Shown here piece by piece: positions 61,364 to 64,000 of a stretch of 64,000 nt of DNA. Under the pieces are notes generated by a model, which did not search any database, had not been told where the DNA came from, and saw only the letters and a program-made list of their open reading frames with translations. A program made the translations under genes and the position numbers. This stretch comes from Octopus sinensis (Eukaryota). Every line of letters begins with the position of its first letter. Positions within the stretch are counted from its first letter, which is position 1. Where the stretch lies: NCBI RefSeq assembly GCF_006345805.1, contig NC_042997.1:177878001-177942000 (forward strand), read 5' to 3'.

Positions 61364-61597
61364 GAGGCGGTGAGCTGGCAGAAACGTTATCACACCGGGT
61401 GAAATGCTTAGCAGTATTTCATCTGCCACTACGTTCTGAGTTCAAATTCTGCTGAGGTCGACTTTGCCCTTTCACCCTTTCGGGGTCGATTAAATAAGTA
61501 CCAGTTACGCACTGGGGTCAATATAATCAACTTAATCCATTTGTCTGTCCTTGTTTTTCCTCTGTGTTTAGCCCCTTGTGGGTAGTAAAGAAATAAG
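61364..61597 (+). mobile_element. SINE family B
   Basis: ggcggtgagctggcagaaacg...gtagtaaagaaataag. Confidence 0.9.
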
Positions 61598-62029
61598 AAA
61601 TATTACCTTTCCTGGAAACAGGTCAGAGCTGGCAACGGGAAAGACATCTAGCCATAGAAAATCCACTTCAACAGATTCCATGTAACCCATGCAAACATGG
61701 AAAAGTTGCTATTAGATGATGACATGTATTGTTATAACAGGTTTCACTTATTGCTCTGCTACCATACTGGGGTATCCCCTTTTGAGGATTCATTCAATCA
61801 TATTGTCTCTGGTTCATATTTTAATTTTAGTGCCACTTTTACTAAAACTGGTAAGTTACAAAGCCTAAAGGGACACAAATTAAGATATAATGTAGTCATT
61901 TTAAGGTGTTTTCCAGGTGTTTGTGCATAGAATTAATGAGTCTAATGTTGGATGTCTTTAATTCATGTAGATGATACCTGTGTGTTTTGTTAGAGGTAAA
62001 CATCAAATGTGTTCTTATTAGCCAAAAAG

Positions 62030-62372
62030 AGGCACAGGAGTGGCTGTGTGGTAAGTAGCTTGCTTACCAAGCACATGGTTCCAGGTTCAGTCTCACTGCG
62101 TGGAACCTTGGGCAATGTCTTCTACTAAAGCTTTGTGAGTTAAGTCAGAAACTGAAAGAAGCCTGTCATATATATGAATATATATATATGCTTGTGTGTC
62201 TGTGTTTGTCCCCCCCCCCCCATCGGTTAACAACTGATGGTGGTGTGTTTACTTCCCTGTAACTTAGCGGTTTGGCAAAAGAGACCGATAGAATAAGTCC
62301 TGGGGTCGGTTTGCTCAACTAAAGGCGGTGCTCCAGTATGGCTGCAGTCAAATGACTGAAACAAGTAAAAAA
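62030..62372 (+). mobile_element. SINE family A
   Basis: aggcacaggagtggctgtgtggtaagtagc...tgactgaaacaagtaaaa. Confidence 0.9.
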
Positions 62373-62862
62373 ATTTTTTAAATAAGTAAATTTGGCAGAA
62401 TTGTTAACACACTGAGTGAAATGTTTAGCAGCATTTCATCCGTTCATCCTTATGTTGAGTTCAAATTCCATCAAGGAACAACCTTTCATCTTTCCGGGGG
62501 TTGATAAAATAAGTACCATTTGAGTACTGGAGTCAATGTAATCGACTCACCCATCACCCAAAATTGTTGGCCTTGTGCTAAAATTTGAAATCATTATTAG
62601 AGAACAAAGAACAGTGGTGACATAACTGAACTTTGATACACAATCTTCTGCAGATTTGCCATTGTTTCTTAGCTGGAAACATTTTACATTTTCTTCAGCT
62701 AGGAATAAATAACTTTTTTCTCTTTCTCTTTTCTGTAAGATTGAATAAATGTTGATACATAATTCTGCTTTGCCTTAGGCCTCAAATTCTCAATGAAGTC
62801 TCAGTGGTACTGATATATGAAACAACCATGTTTGAGCCACTTTTACACTTGGCAGAGCCTAT

Positions 62863-63084
62863 CTTATTTCTTTATTGCCCATAAGGGGCTAAACATAGAG
62901 GGGACAGACAAAGGGATTAAGTCGATTATATCGACCCCAGTGCGTAACTGGTACTTACTTAATCGACCCTGAAAGGATGAACGGCAAAGTCGACCCCGGC
63001 GGAATTTGAACTCAGAACGTAAAGACAGATGAAATACTGCTAAGCATTTCGCCTGGCATGCTAACAATTCTGCCAGCTCGCCGC
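62863..63084 (-). mobile_element. SINE family B
   Basis: Reverse complement of a near-consensus body. Confidence 0.9.
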
Positions 63085-63804
63085 CTATCTGTCTCCAGGT
63101 CTGACCATAGCCAATTTCTTTGCGGAAAGAAAGAGAGGAATCAACTTCAGTATTTAACTGTTTCTTTATTGACCCCACTCAAAATAGGTTAAAGGCAAAG
63201 CTGACCTTAGCAGAATTTAAACTCATAGGACAAAGAGCTGAAATGATCACTACAGTGCAGTCTATCTCTACCAATTGGTTGCCTTTTAACAGTTTTGAGT
63301 ACAGTCATACAATTGACTTTCACTTCAGTTCATGAGATAAATTACTATCTTTTAGTGTGTGTGTACATGTAGAGTAACAGCTGGCCCTGAGACGATAGGT
63401 TGACTGCTGAAAGATTGATAACTTGCAGTAAGTTCATAAGCAAAATTAAGTTAGTCCACCTAGTTATAAATAGATATTATAAATTACTACTGCTCAGTGT
63501 TTAAGTTTTGCACTTAAAAGTGTCATATATAGTGAATGTAAGTGCTTGCACATTGCTTTGCATCTATTTTTCCTTGCTTGCATGAATAAGGTGGTTTCAA
63601 AGTAATTTTCTATGTACATTGAATCAAAAAATTTTGCATTAGGATATCCTTTCTACTACTTTTATTATTCCATTCATATCTAGAATGTCCTAGTATTTTA
63701 TCCCAGAAAGGATAAATGACTTTGACCAGATTTGAACAAATTTCCAGTGTTAAACATTCAATTGTGAAAGCAGGGGTAGCATCACTTGTTTTCAAATTGT
63801 TTTA

Positions 63805-64000
63805 ATCATCATTTAACATCCGCTTTTCATGCTAGCATGGGTTGGATGATTTGACTGAGGACTGGGGAACTAGATGGCTGCACCAGGCTCCAATCTGATC
63901 TAGCAGAGTTTCTACAGCTGGATGCCCTTCCTAACGCCAACCACCCTGAAAGTGTAGTGGGTGCTTTTATATGCCACTGGCACGAGGGCCAGTCAGGCGG
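63805..64000 (-). mobile_element. Family C RTE tail (runs off the window)
   Basis: atcatcatttaacatccgcttttcatgctagcatggg... Confidence 0.85.

Noticed and set aside
1-64000. tRNA genes suggested by A/B-box motifs
   Set aside because: All sit in SINE heads and none forms a complete cloverleaf.

Overview
AT-rich eukaryotic DNA dominated by repeats. The SINE/LINE/MITE repertoire looks like an octopus (Octopus sp.) genome; this is inferred from repeat recognition, not a database search. I can support one protein-coding gene, on the + strand, with three coding exons (32403-32650, 50210-50322, 50462-52371). They splice through canonical GT-AG sites into a 756-aa uncharacterised protein. It carries two copies of an unrecognised ~100-aa domain that align without gaps across both splice junctions, plus SUMO-site/SIM-like and basic motifs and a helical C-terminal domain. 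A CpG-rich island at ~25.2-27.3 kb is its candidate promoter. The rest is transposon-derived: at least three tRNA-headed SINE families, RTE-clade LINE fragments with many (GAT)n-tailed 3' ends, mariner fossils, hAT/piggyBac/Tc1/Helitron non-autonomous elements, several long foldback palindromes, and a Penelope-like element with a candidate hammerhead ribozyme split by a SINE insertion. No rRNA, genuine tRNA or CRISPR array was seen. Almost all other ORFs in the track are repeat or microsatellite artefacts. Repeat boundaries were read by eye and are approximate, often +/-10-20 bp.
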